Notes: generated by a model from the sequence alone, not told the origin. Shown: positions 1 through 9,772, counted from the stretch's first letter. The stretch: DNA of 52,684 nucleotides from Abditibacteriaceae bacterium (GCA_031425655.1 JANPJS010000261.1:1-52684), one strand, 5' to 3'. Program-made: numbers and translations.

Positions 1-90
1 AGAATTAACCCCGGAAGAGCAAACGCTCATCCGCCGCCATTATCCAGAACTTTTCGCGGCCAGTGTCGCGGAGAAATAGTGCCAATTCTC

Positions 91-698
91 ATGCCACGAC
101 GCTTCAAACAATACGGTTTGGCGTTACTCGCCGCGCTGGTGTTGGCTCTGCCGGTGTTCGGCCAGAATCAGGCGCGGCCCAACATCGTGCGGATTCTGGC
201 CGATGATCTGGGTTGCGGGGCGCTTGCCTGCTACGGCAACAAGGACATCAAGGCGCCGCACATAGATGCTCTGGCCGCCAGTGGCGTGCGCTTCACCGAC
301 TTTTACAGCAACGGCGCGCTTTGCTTGCCAACGCGCGCGCGTCGCTGCTCATCGGGTGATAGCAGCAGCGCTGCGTTGGAGTCGCCGACGAAGGGCTTTC
401 GGAGGTTTTGCGAGCACAGCGCAAGGCGAACCCGGTGCAACGCTGGGCGTGGGGCCTCTCCACCGAAGAAGTAATTTTGCCCGCGCTGCTGTGGCAGGCC
501 GGATACCGCACTGCGCTGATCGACAAGTGGCATCTCGGCTACGACACCAAGTTTCATCCGATGAACTACGGCTTCGACGAATTCTGTGGCTTCATGGGCG
601 GCAACGTGGATTATCGCGCGCACATCGTGGGCTACGGCATGCAGCAACTGGATTGCTGGCCGAATCACTGGTTTCAAGGGGTTACGTCATTTGGCTGA
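91..698 (+). pseudogene. Arylsulfatase/sulfatase-like hydrolase, frameshifted and truncated
   Basis: ORF 79-474 has a signal peptide, RPNIVRILADDLG and the sulfatase CxPxR motif (CLPTR). ORF 408-698, in another frame, has AGYRTALIDKWHLG...GFDEFCGF. Far shorter than a full sulfatase. Confidence 0.85.
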
Positions 699-838
699 AG
701 TCACCGGCGATAGATTCGAGCGCGGCATTGTGCTGTAAACGGGAAACCGTGTTATTCCCTTTGCCGCCAATCTCCACGCACTTCCCATCAGCAGCCTCTG
801 GAGCCTATAACGAAGGCCGTTCTAATCGGACAAAACGC

Positions 839-869
839 AAAACCCGCCAATCATCTGCTGGCGGGTTTT
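839..869. terminator. Intrinsic terminator downstream of the tRNA-Asp sequence, probably bidirectional
   Basis: AAAACCCGCCA-N9-TGGCGGGTTTT, an 11-bp inverted repeat with A/T tails. Confidence 0.75.
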
Positions 870-889
870 ATGTTCGGTATTTGTTCGGA

Positions 890-963
890 CGGTCCCGACC
901 GGATTCGAACCGGCGATCTCCTGCGTGACAGGCAGGGAGCAGAAACCGACCAGCTACGAGAAC
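890..963 (-). tRNA. tRNA-Asp(GTC)-like sequence with intact 3' half (890-936) and degenerate 5' half; probable att site or tRNA pseudogene
   Basis: Minus strand reads GTTCTCG TA GCTGGTCGGTTTCTGCT C CCTGC CTGTCAC GCAGG AGATC GCCGG TTCGAAT CCGGT CGGGACC G. Anticodon arm and T arm are canonical. The acceptor stem has a mismatch, the D stem is poor, and no CCA is encoded. Confidence 0.8.
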
Positions 964-1365
964 ATTCGTGTGTAAAAACAGTGTTTTTTCGTCCAACTAT
1001 TGCAAGAGCAGGCGAGTAGAGTAGCGACTTTTGCGGACTCGGTTTCATTGCTGTGCGCTATAAAACGGGTCTATAAATTTCGCCTTCATGTGCGCCTTGC
1101 TCTTGTCTTAGTTTGTCACAGTTTTTGACAAGATGCACTCCGCACTTGGAGCCTTGCATCGCCTGAACCTTGCCCCATAGTGCTGCCCGTCCAGGTGCGG
1201 ACAGCCCAGCCGATGGCCGCACATGGAACGGCTTCAGAATGCGTGTATTCCACCCTATTGTGTAAGCGTCGGCCTTGCGCTAAAATTCTTGGCACAACCA
1301 GAAAATCTTAGCTGAGTCCATAACCGGATTATATTGATTCGGGAGCAAAGCTCTTAAAACAGGAC

Positions 1366-1443
1366 AAGCGCCGAGGTGCGAATTTCTTGGCTTCACGAAC
1401 CCATTCGTGGAGTAAGGATCGCACTCGGCGCTTTTTGCTTTTT
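1366..1443 (+). promoter_or_regulatory. Long imperfect hairpin with U-tract in the leader of the primase-helicase
   Basis: AAGCGCCGAGGTGCGA...CTTCACGAA-CCCA-TTCGTGGAG...TCGCACTCGGCGCTT followed by TTTGCTTTTT. Confidence 0.5.
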
Positions 1444-1556
1444 AGCTCCGCGTTATAGCGTCGAACCTCAACTCTCGGAAAACGCAGATTCCAATAGCGC
1501 ACGCCGGTGTGCCATGAAAATGGCACGCCACTCTTTGCGGGAGTAGACGTGCCTGA

Positions 1557-4079
1557 ATGAGGTTTCTGGTGAAAAGTTTAGCCACATCGAAATCTGGCGT
1601 CAATCCGCCACAGTCGAATTCCGCGTCTGCGCGAAATCAAACCACTACTGACGTAACGCAACAAGCAATCAACGTCGCTCATGCTGAGTCTTCCGATCAG
1701 CACATCAACAGCAGTAGCTCTACGAAGCTCGATCAGCCAAAGCGGGCACCTCGTCCTAAAAAGGCTCGGCGTGCTTCACAAATTCCAGGCCCCATTATCT
1801 CAGTTCCCGATATGGCCGCCAGGCTCAATTTAAGGGCCGAAAGGCAAAACTGGATCGGCGCGAATCCCCTGGGGAATGGGGCAACGAGCGACGGGTTCGT
1901 TTTATACGCCGAGGGCAATGCTTGGGATCGCAAACTCGACCATCATTACTCGACAGCCGAAGTCGCCAAAATGGCCGGGATTCCGCCCGCCGAATTTGAG
2001 CCATTTCATGAATGGCTCAAAACCCAACCAGTCGCCACCGATCCAGCCTGCGTTCTCGCCATTCCTGTGGCAACATCGTTCGTGCTTGCTCGAAACGATG
2101 GTAACCAGAAGGCGGTCAAGGCCAAAAAGCAACTATTTGATTGGGATTCGGCGACAAAATACGACTACACCGACGAGAATTGCAACCTGCTTTTTGAGGT
2201 GGGGCGTATTGACTATCCTGACGGCACGAAAGAAATCCGACAACGCCGTCCTGATGGGGATAGCGGTTGGGTCTACGGCCTGGGCGCAGGTTGGTATGAG
2301 CCGACGACGCGCAAAGGTGTAACTCATTGGTATGCCGTCAAAGCGAAGGCTAAGCCTTCGGACAAGGCGCGCGAATTTCCCGAAGTTCGGCGTGTGTTGT
2401 ATTTGCTCGCGGATGTTATTGCCGCCAAAACAGTGATTGTTTGCGAAGGCGAAAAGGCCGCCGATGCGTTCAATGCTGATCTGCGCGCTACTGGACGTTA
2501 CGGCGAAATTGTCGCCACCACGACATCCCAGGGTGCCAGCAACGCGACCAAAACCGACCTTTCCCCTTTGCATGGAAAGGACGACGTGGTTCTGCCGGAC
2601 AATGATGTGCCAGGACAGAAATACCGCGACGACATTCTAAAAGCTCTGGCCGGTCATGCTGCCTGTAAGGTTATCGAATTACCTGACCGAGGTGAGGGCG
2701 GCGATTATGTTGATTATCGTGCGGCGGGCCATACATTTGACGAAGTGCTTGCTTTGATCGAAGCAGCGCCAATGTATATGGCGTCAGGGCCGATGCCTGA
2801 ATCTGAAGCGGCAAAGCTCCCGTTTGAAACCTTTACGTTCAAAGATTTAGAAAAGTTACCACGGCGGGAATGGCTAATCCGGCAGTTGCTCCAAGATGAA
2901 ACTACCTCCGTTCTGAGCGCCGACAGTGGGGGTTACAAATCATTCCTTGCGTTGGATATGGCCCTGTGCGTTGCAACAGGACGTGCTTTTCAGGGCCGTG
3001 AGGTCAAGCAAGGAACCGTGGTCTACGTCGCGGCTGAAGGCTTTTTTACAATGCTGGAACGCGCAACCGCGTGGGCGCAATTCCACAACTGTGAATTGCC
3101 GGAAAACTTTCGCATTGTGAAAGTCCCAGTCAACGTTGCGGATGCGGCCACGCGGCGAGATTTCGCAGATTCCATCGAATCTTACTCTCCGATATTCATC
3201 GTGCTTGACACGCTGAGCCAATGCTCTGATGGAGCTAACGAAAATGACAATGGCACAATGGCTAACTTTATGCGTGGTATGCTGCTGCTGGGGCAGCGAA
3301 TCGGCGCCCACGTCATGGTTCTACACCACAACGCCAAAGGCACTAATAGCCTTCGCGGAGCCGGTTCGATTAAAGCCAATGTAGACACGCAGATTTCGCT
3401 TGACCGCCCCGATGGTGACGAACAAAACACTGTTTTTGTCCGCTGCGAAAAGCAACGTAGTCGTCCCTTTGAACCGTTCGCTCTGCGCGGCCACGAACTG
3501 TTATTGCCCTACACCGATGAATACGGTGATCCCGTAACATCATTGGTTTTTGAGGCGTGCTCCGATGCGGTCGCATCCAAAACCGAAAAACATCCTAACG
3601 CTAAAAAAGCCGATAAAACGCGAGCGCGCCTTTTGGAAATCTTCGACGAGGTCGCAGCGAAACACGACGGGGTGAAGGCCGGAACTTGGAGTGCTGCGGT
3701 AGCAGAATTGACACCACCAATTTGCTCGCCATCAACCTTTTGGGCGCATAAGAAAGCACTTGAAGCTAATGGTGAAATAGAACGGTTCGGCAGCCATAGC
3801 GGGAGCGATCTATATCGTAGGGGTGCCTCTAATCCGACAACTCCGACAACTCCAAAACATAGTTATCAGAGTGAAGGCCAAAAACCAGACGCGCTTCACT
3901 CCGACATCTCCAACAACCCTTTAGGGGTTGGAGATGTCGGAGTAGCGCACGGATGGAGTCCTAAACCGGACACGCTGTTCCCTGAACGAAAGCCAACCTC
4001 ACCCCCGGCCTCCAAACCTCATGGGGTATCACCAAACGCCCTTTCTGAACCAGCAGCGTATCAGGGAGGCGAACAGTGA
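1557..4079 (+). CDS. TOPRIM primase / AAA_25 (RepA-like, RecA-family) helicase fusion
   Basis: TOPRIM motifs VIVCEGEKAADA and LPDNDVPG. Walker A ADSGGYKS, Walker B FIVLDTLSQ, and HVMVLHHNAKG...LRGAGSIKANVD. Confidence 0.9.
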   Translation: MRFLVKSLATSKSGVNPPQSNSASARNQTTTDVTQQAINVAHAESSDQHINSSSSTKLDQPKRAPRPKKARRASQIPGPIISVPDMAARLNLRAERQNWIGANPLGNGATSDGFVLYAEGNAWDRKLDHHYSTAEVAKMAGIPPAEFEPFHEWLKTQPVATDPACVLAIPVATSFVLARNDGNQKAVKAKKQLFDWDSATKYDYTDENCNLLFEVGRIDYPDGTKEIRQRRPDGDSGWVYGLGAGWYEPTTRKGVTHWYAVKAKAKPSDKAREFPEVRRVLYLLADVIAAKTVIVCEGEKAADAFNADLRATGRYGEIVATTTSQGASNATKTDLSPLHGKDDVVLPDNDVPGQKYRDDILKALAGHAACKVIELPDRGEGGDYVDYRAAGHTFDEVLALIEAAPMYMASGPMPESEAAKLPFETFTFKDLEKLPRREWLIRQLLQDETTSVLSADSGGYKSFLALDMALCVATGRAFQGREVKQGTVVYVAAEGFFTMLERATAWAQFHNCELPENFRIVKVPVNVADAATRRDFADSIESYSPIFIVLDTLSQCSDGANENDNGTMANFMRGMLLLGQRIGAHVMVLHHNAKGTNSLRGAGSIKANVDTQISLDRPDGDEQNTVFVRCEKQRSRPFEPFALRGHELLLPYTDEYGDPVTSLVFEACSDAVASKTEKHPNAKKADKTRARLLEIFDEVAAKHDGVKAGTWSAAVAELTPPICSPSTFWAHKKALEANGEIERFGSHSGSDLYRRGASNPTTPTTPKHSYQSEGQKPDALHSDISNNPLGVGDVGVAHGWSPKPDTLFPERKPTSPPASKPHGVSPNALSEPAAYQGGEQ
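3833..3943. repeat. Putative replication origin: iterons plus a perfect 17-bp inverted repeat inside the 3' end of the rep gene
   Basis: TCCGACAAC twice plus TCCAAAAC (3833-3858). ACTCCGACATCTCCAAC (3898-3914) pairs with GTTGGAGATGTCGGAGT (3927-3943) around AACCCTTTAGGG. Confidence 0.7.
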
Positions 4080-4471
4080 AACCACCGTTGGATTCCTTCG
4101 ATCATCAAGAGGCAAACTTTCCCACCCAATGGCTTCCCGCTTTCCTTAAAATCTTTGACGCGCAAATTCAGCAGGCTCAGAATGAAGAACTTCCAGTCGG
4201 GACGTTCATTTTGCCCTCTGGTGAAATAGTTGAAGATGCTGGACGCTTCGTTTTAGCACAAGTTAAGCGGGTGCGGATTTTGGAGTCAGAATGCGAACCT
4301 TATGGGGATGAGTCGGTTCCGCCAGAGGCGATGGCTGCGGAATTCGAGCAGATTCGCACTGACCTGGACGACTTGGCCTTGCTCTTCGAGCAACGAGCGT
4401 TTCAGGTTGTAAAGATCGAAACACTTGGCGGCCAACAACAAATACCAGGAGGTGAAGCACATGAGTCGTGA
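4076..4471 (+). CDS. Hypothetical protein
   Basis: GTGA overlap with the rep gene and GGGAGG RBS; no family recognised. Confidence 0.6.
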   Translation: MKPPLDSFDHQEANFPTQWLPAFLKIFDAQIQQAQNEELPVGTFILPSGEIVEDAGRFVLAQVKRVRILESECEPYGDESVPPEAMAAEFEQIRTDLDDLALLFEQRAFQVVKIETLGGQQQIPGGEAHES

Positions 4472-5347
4472 TCGCTTCCTGCCGCCAGCCTCAACCGTGC
4501 CGCTTAAACGGGATGCTGGCCGCATCTTGTGTAGAATGTGCCGGAAGCGCCCGGCAGCCGCGAGCTTAGGCACCTACTGTTCCAATTTTTGCCTTCAAGA
4601 GTGGCTCTTGCGACGTGACCCGCAGTTGGTGCGCGCGAAGCTGATCGAGCGTGACAATGGTATATGCCAACAGTGCGGCACCGATACGAAGGTCTGGATT
4701 GGCCCTAAAGAGAAAAAGCCGGGATTTCGTGCGCCGGGTGAACTGCGTTATACATTTGAAGCCCACCATCGTCAGGCTGTAATCGAGGGTGGCGGGTGTT
4801 GCGGACTCGATGGTTACGCGACGCTTTGTCGCCCTTGTCATACGCGGGAAACCGTAGCTTTAGCCCAGCGCCTCGCCGTCTCCCGGCACCGCCGCCGAAC
4901 TCTTTCGATTCTCGAATTTTTGGCGGGCCGACCAGGGCAGCGGGCTGCAACGCTCGACGAACTTGTGTTGGCGACGGGCCTGCAGTTTCGGCTGTGCGCG
5001 AGCGGCTTAGGCCGCTGGTGGCGAGCGGTGACATCGCCGTTTCGGTGCGGGGCCATAAGAAGTTGTTCGTGATGGCACCGCAGGCGTTGGTGCTATTGAA
5101 AGAATTAGAAGGGGTGTTTTATTTCCCAGACGACGAGCAGGAGAAGGCCAGCCCAGGTGGTGCGTTGTCGGCTCCGGCGCCCACCGACTCCGAAGCTCTG
5201 CGCGAATCCGCGCTCGATCATTTGAACGCGACGCGACGTGACCGGCGCAATTCCAACGACGTTTCCGAGTTGCACTCTGAGGCTCTGGCGGGTCGGGCGC
5301 GCAACCGACGCCCGCCGGGCAAGGGTCGGCGGCGGTTTCTGGCATAG
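4461..5347 (+). pseudogene. HNH endonuclease with C-terminal winged-HTH-like region, split by a 1-nt frameshift near 4983
   Basis: CRMC..CSNFC, RDNGICQQCG, FEAHHRQAVIEGGG and YATLCRPCH mark the HNH domain. The helix-turn-helix-like text ...LVLATGL continues as VSAVRERLRPLVASGDI in the frame of ORF 4796-5347. Confidence 0.7.
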
Positions 5348-5380
5348 CCTGACATTTGGGCCATGTAAGCGAAAACCAAA

Positions 5381-5408
5381 GTGCCGCCAGGAAATTCCCT
5401 GGCGGCAC
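5381..5408. terminator. Hairpin between convergent genes
   Basis: GTGCCGCCAGG-AAATTC-CCTGGCGGCAC. Confidence 0.55.
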
Positions 5409-5437
5409 CTTTGCATTAGCTCCAATGGCGGCACTGC

Positions 5438-6784
5438 CTACCTAACAAGATTAGAAGCCTGACCGCTGAAAGCCCTTTGCACCTCATCGTCACTGAGAGT
5501 GATATTGCACTTGGCGCCGGTGTCAGCCAACATCTTCTTAGCCAACATCTTTGTCAGCGGCGGAACAATGTTAAAGTGGTCGCCACCCTTGATGATAAAC
5601 GCCTTAAACGGCACGTTGTCCTTCTCGGCCAGTTCGCCCATTGAGCGCGCGTCGGCAACATAAGCCGAGTCGGCTCCCTCGAAGTAGAACGTCGGGCTTC
5701 GTATAAGAGATACGGAGTAGATCGGTGACCGCCAGTAGGATTCGGCTTCTACGCTGTAGTCATAGGGCGTATTTCCGTAGCCCTCGCCGTCTTCAACCAT
5801 TTTCAGCAGGTTAGGTGCGCCTCCAAATGAAAAAGCGGCGCGCAATTTCGGTGTGGACTCCGCCGTCAGCAGGGTGATGGTGCCGCCGGTGCTATGGCCC
5901 ACCATGTAGAGGCGCGAGGGATCAACGTAAGGCACCTGCGCCAGATAATCCACCGCCGCAACGGCATCGTCTACCTCGCCAAAGAAAAGCTCGAACTTGC
6001 CGGGGTTTTCGCTTTCGCCACGCCAGGCCGGGCACAACACAATGAAACCGGCATCTTTAAACGCCTGAGCCTGACGCACACTGCTGTTTCCGACTCCGCC
6101 GAAGCCGCCGTGCGCCCACAAGACCGCCGGGTGTTTTTTGCCGTCGCCGGGGTCGGCAGAGAGGTAGGCGACCAAATCGCCTACTGGCGAAGGATAGCGG
6201 ATGATCTGGAAACTTTTGTCTCGCGGTGCTTCAATAGGCCCGGCTGATTTGAATTTGTTGGGAATCAATTTGGTGCGAAACCCGGCCCTGGCCTGTAATA
6301 GCCCTTTATACGCCGGGGGCTTGGGGGCTGTCGAGCGTGCGGCAGTCTTGATCGCCACCGCCGTTACCGAGCGTGCGGGGATTGCTTTCCCGGTGCCTAA
6401 GTCGGCGCCGGTAACAGTCACTCCTGCGCCGGGCTTTAAATCGGCAAGCACCCCGGCCTGCTTACCGGCGGTTGCACGAATGGCGGTTTGGGCGTTGACT
6501 GCCACGGATTTTGTCTTTGGCGTTGCCAGCACGCCGCTCTTGCCGTTTGGCAGGGCGAAGGACATGGCCTTCAGATCGAATGTGCCTTGCGCGGCGTTCA
6601 CCGAGATCACGGTGCCGGTTAGGCTAATTTCGCCCTCGCGCGGCAGCGACGGTTCCGTTTTTCCGGCTGCCGGATTCTCAACGGGCGCGGCTTTGCTTAC
6701 ACAAGCAGTCATACAAACCGAACCTGTAACAGCCAACAGGCTTGTAATGGCTAAAGTATGAAGTTGATTTCTGAGATTTGTCAT
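5438..6784 (-). CDS. Secreted alpha/beta hydrolase (peptidase S9-like) with N-terminal OB-fold/DUF5666-like domain
   Basis: Signal peptide; LTGTVISVNAAQGTFDL...GAGVTVTG domain; LWAHGGFGG; nucleophile GHSTGG; GGDHF. Confidence 0.8.
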   Translation of the reverse strand: MTNLRNQLHTLAITSLLAVTGSVCMTACVSKAAPVENPAAGKTEPSLPREGEISLTGTVISVNAAQGTFDLKAMSFALPNGKSGVLATPKTKSVAVNAQTAIRATAGKQAGVLADLKPGAGVTVTGADLGTGKAIPARSVTAVAIKTAARSTAPKPPAYKGLLQARAGFRTKLIPNKFKSAGPIEAPRDKSFQIIRYPSPVGDLVAYLSADPGDGKKHPAVLWAHGGFGGVGNSSVRQAQAFKDAGFIVLCPAWRGESENPGKFELFFGEVDDAVAAVDYLAQVPYVDPSRLYMVGHSTGGTITLLTAESTPKLRAAFSFGGAPNLLKMVEDGEGYGNTPYDYSVEAESYWRSPIYSVSLIRSPTFYFEGADSAYVADARSMGELAEKDNVPFKAFIIKGGDHFNIVPPLTKMLAKKMLADTGAKCNITLSDDEVQRAFSGQASNLVR

Positions 6785-7066
6785 AAGATAGATTCGCGTC
6801 AATAAAAATGTCCGTCGCAATCGCACGATTTACTTCTCACAAAGTTCCGCCGGTGCATGGCACGCCAGGCACACCGGCGACGTGGGCCGTGCTGGGGCGA
6901 GAGATCGGCGGCGCCACCAGGTGGGACTGAATAAAGGCGGTAATTCCTTACCGCCATTATTGAGACCTCTGCGTTATCCGTCGCTCGCGCCGTTGCCTGG
7001 GGCAGCATCGGGGTGCCGTAGAGCCGAGCAACCACCTGTGGTTGACTGTTGAAGGGAGCATCGACA

Positions 7067-7534
7067 ATGTTGAAGACTGGAACGGTCAAGTGGTTCAACG
7101 ACGCAAAAGGCTTTGGCTTCATCGAGCAAGAAGATGGTGGCGAAGATGTGTTCGTTCATCATTCCGCGATTCGCGGGGGTGATTACAGAACACTGGTCGA
7201 AGGCCAGCGCGTTCGCTTCGCTGTTACGCAGGAAAAAGCAGGTCTGCGCGCTGTCAATGTTGCCACCATTGATGAGCGGCCTGGTTTTGTTTATCTCTTC
7301 AAATCTGGGCCACATTACAAAATCGGTCTTTCCATAGCTCCGCCCACAAGAATCAAAGCAATTGAGTCTCCTTCGGGGGAGCCTGTTGAACTCATTCACA
7401 CAATAAAAGTCGGCCATATGTGGCAGGCTGAGGCGGAATGGCATAAGCGGTTTCGCGACGAGAACTTTACCCTGGAATGGTTCACGTTGAGCGAAGACGA
7501 TGTCGCGGAATTTAAATCTTTTGAGGCCATGTGA
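7067..7534 (+). CDS. Cold-shock domain fused to a GIY-YIG-like (T5orf172/MUG113) nuclease domain
   Basis: KTGTVKWFNDAKGFGFI...DVFVHHSAI (RNP1/RNP2), then GFVYLFKSGPHYKIGLS...EAEWHKRF...EWFTL. GGGAG RBS. Confidence 0.85.
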   Translation: MLKTGTVKWFNDAKGFGFIEQEDGGEDVFVHHSAIRGGDYRTLVEGQRVRFAVTQEKAGLRAVNVATIDERPGFVYLFKSGPHYKIGLSIAPPTRIKAIESPSGEPVELIHTIKVGHMWQAEAEWHKRFRDENFTLEWFTLSEDDVAEFKSFEAM

Positions 7535-7577
7535 ATCCTAACGACTGCGAGATCAGCAAGCTATAAAAGCATCTACC

Positions 7578-8234
7578 ATGAAACACCTAATTGACGGCGC
7601 GCCCTTGTATGGTCTTCCCATAAGGGATGCTCGGCTCCTACTTGTTGAAGCACACGACTTCATCATTGACTGCTGCGCCGCAGCTATCGCCCAGGCAGCG
7701 TTGCAAAAAAGTGGGCCGAGTTGGGGCATTGAGATGAAACGCCTGCCCGTCCAAATGGATAAGCCAAACCGTCCAGGGATCGTGTGTAAGCCCTCCGAGA
7801 GGTTCAGCGAAATCGTAAACATGGTCGCGACGTTAGAGCGGATGATTGGTGCGTTGAACTGGTTCGAGCAGCAGGAGTTCCCCGACCTATTTATCCAAGA
7901 GTGCCACCCGACTACGAGCAGCTACAAAGGTGGTAATGATCTTGTCTTGGTTGATTGTGACGGACACATTCTGGTTCGTTGTGAGGTTTGTGATATTGCG
8001 TCGGCATCAGCCGGTCAAAATGGCAAGGAGCGCAAGGATATTGCGAGCCTCGGCTGCATGAACGGCATTCCACCTGGCCCGCCCTCAACCAGGTATTTTT
8101 TATGCACCTCTTCGGAGTTTGCCGGTGCAATTCAAGGTAAGAATCGCAAAGTGGCGAATCGCCCGTATAGTTACATGACACACGAAGTGGGGGATCAGGG
8201 GCGGACGGTTCTGGTCGAACTGGTTGGTTTGTAG
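7578..8234 (+). CDS. Hypothetical protein, possible PD-(D/E)XK nuclease fold
   Basis: Intact 218-aa ORF with the pattern E...NDLVLVD...RCEVCD...KERKD. Confidence 0.55.
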   Translation: MKHLIDGAPLYGLPIRDARLLLVEAHDFIIDCCAAAIAQAALQKSGPSWGIEMKRLPVQMDKPNRPGIVCKPSERFSEIVNMVATLERMIGALNWFEQQEFPDLFIQECHPTTSSYKGGNDLVLVDCDGHILVRCEVCDIASASAGQNGKERKDIASLGCMNGIPPGPPSTRYFLCTSSEFAGAIQGKNRKVANRPYSYMTHEVGDQGRTVLVELVGL

Positions 8235-8270
8235 AAATCAAGATTGAAGCCACGAAGCACAAGATAATGT

Positions 8271-9410
8271 ATGGACTTAAATTGGCATCTCGACGCCACG
8301 CCACCACTACCTGCTGGAACTGCCATTGGCCTCCACCACTTTCCTATCGAAGACCCGGCACGCGACGATATTTCAACCGGGATACGCGAGTTCATGGTGT
8401 CGGTATTTTATCCAGCGGAAGTAGATGAGGCTGCGCCTCGCGCACGCATCGCGGATATTTTGAAGCCACGCTGTGAAGAGGCTTTGGAACTACTGTCGCA
8501 GAGCAGCGGACTGTCCGCCGACGAGAAGGCAGCGGCCTTCAACCGCCTCACGTCTTTGACGCTTCGGGCGCAGCGCGATCTTCGTCCACAGACGGGCTAC
8601 TATCCGGTGTTGGTCTGCTATCCCGGCGGGCAGGGGCATCGTCTTGCCAATGCAGCACTTTGCGAGGCCCTCGTCTGCGCCGGTTATATAATCTTCGCCC
8701 TGGATGCCCCACGCGATGCGCCGATTGTGGTCTTCCCCGATGGGCGAATGGTAACGCCACCAGCGCCAGACGACGAGAGCTACATCTGGCCCCGCGTGGC
8801 CGATGTGCGCCGTCTCCTGGATGAACTGGAACATCTAAACACAGAAGGGCCATTCGCAGAGCTTCTTGATTTGGAACGCATCGGAATGTTCGGCCATTCG
8901 CGTGGCGGCTATTTGTCAAATATCTGTGCGACTGAAGATCAGCGCATCGGCGCCGCCGTCAACATGGACGGATTCCTGTGGGGCCTATGGGTTCAAGAAG
9001 GCACCGGCCTGGCTGAGTATGCCGCCGAGTTTCAACAGCGTGCCCGCGCGCTCACAACACCCATCCTGCGCCTGCGGGGCGACCAGGGTAGCACCGAGGC
9101 GGCACGGCATGGTTTTGAAGAAGAGCGCCTCGACTTCGGCGGAGACTTCATCTCTGTGGCCCTGCACGGTTTCTCACACGGCGATTTTGCCACGACGCCC
9201 TGGCTCGGCGGGGCGCCCAAAGACTTCGGCAAGAATGCTGAGCGGCCTGTGGCAGACCCGGCGCGCGTCGAACTGCTGGCCGGGTTGTTGGCAGACTTTT
9301 TCGATACCTACCTGCGAAATCTGCGGCCCCAAATGGCACTGATGGCAGAGGCGTCAGAGCAGCCTGGGATGGATGTGTTTTCTCAATCGCAGATTGCGCG
9401 GCGTGGGTGA
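8271..9410 (+). CDS. Alpha/beta hydrolase (PAF-acetylhydrolase-like)
   Basis: REFMVSVFYPA, YPVLVCYPG, RIGMFGHSRGG, AAVNMDG. Confidence 0.8.
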   Translation: MDLNWHLDATPPLPAGTAIGLHHFPIEDPARDDISTGIREFMVSVFYPAEVDEAAPRARIADILKPRCEEALELLSQSSGLSADEKAAAFNRLTSLTLRAQRDLRPQTGYYPVLVCYPGGQGHRLANAALCEALVCAGYIIFALDAPRDAPIVVFPDGRMVTPPAPDDESYIWPRVADVRRLLDELEHLNTEGPFAELLDLERIGMFGHSRGGYLSNICATEDQRIGAAVNMDGFLWGLWVQEGTGLAEYAAEFQQRARALTTPILRLRGDQGSTEAARHGFEEERLDFGGDFISVALHGFSHGDFATTPWLGGAPKDFGKNAERPVADPARVELLAGLLADFFDTYLRNLRPQMALMAEASEQPGMDVFSQSQIARRG

Positions 9411-9772
9411 TAACTGCCATGAAAGAGCTTGTGCGCGCTGGCTACGACAAAATCTCCTATGCCTATCGAGGGGATAAAGACGAGGCCGGGCAGTATCTAT
9501 CGTGGTTGGCTGAATTGACACCGCTCCTGGTGCCGCGCTCGAAAGTTCTGGACTTAGGCTGCGGTTGCGGCGTGCCGGTCGCCCAGGAATTGTCAAAGGA
9601 CTTTTATGTAACCGGCGTAGATATTTCGCCCGTCCAGATCGAGCGCGCGAAGCAGCTTGTGCCGAAGGCCCAGTTCCTGTGCGAAAACGGGTTCTCGGTT
9701 CTGTGGTCGCGGTTCATTCCTGAAGGTAACAGCGGACACACGCTTGTTTTGGCGAGAAAAGAGTGCCAATAA
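9407..9772 (+). pseudogene. Class I SAM-dependent methyltransferase, apparently internally deleted
   Basis: VLDLGCGCG and VTGVDISPVQI are followed directly by C-terminal-type GFSVLWSRFIPEGNSGHTLVLARK. Only 121 aa. Confidence 0.65.
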
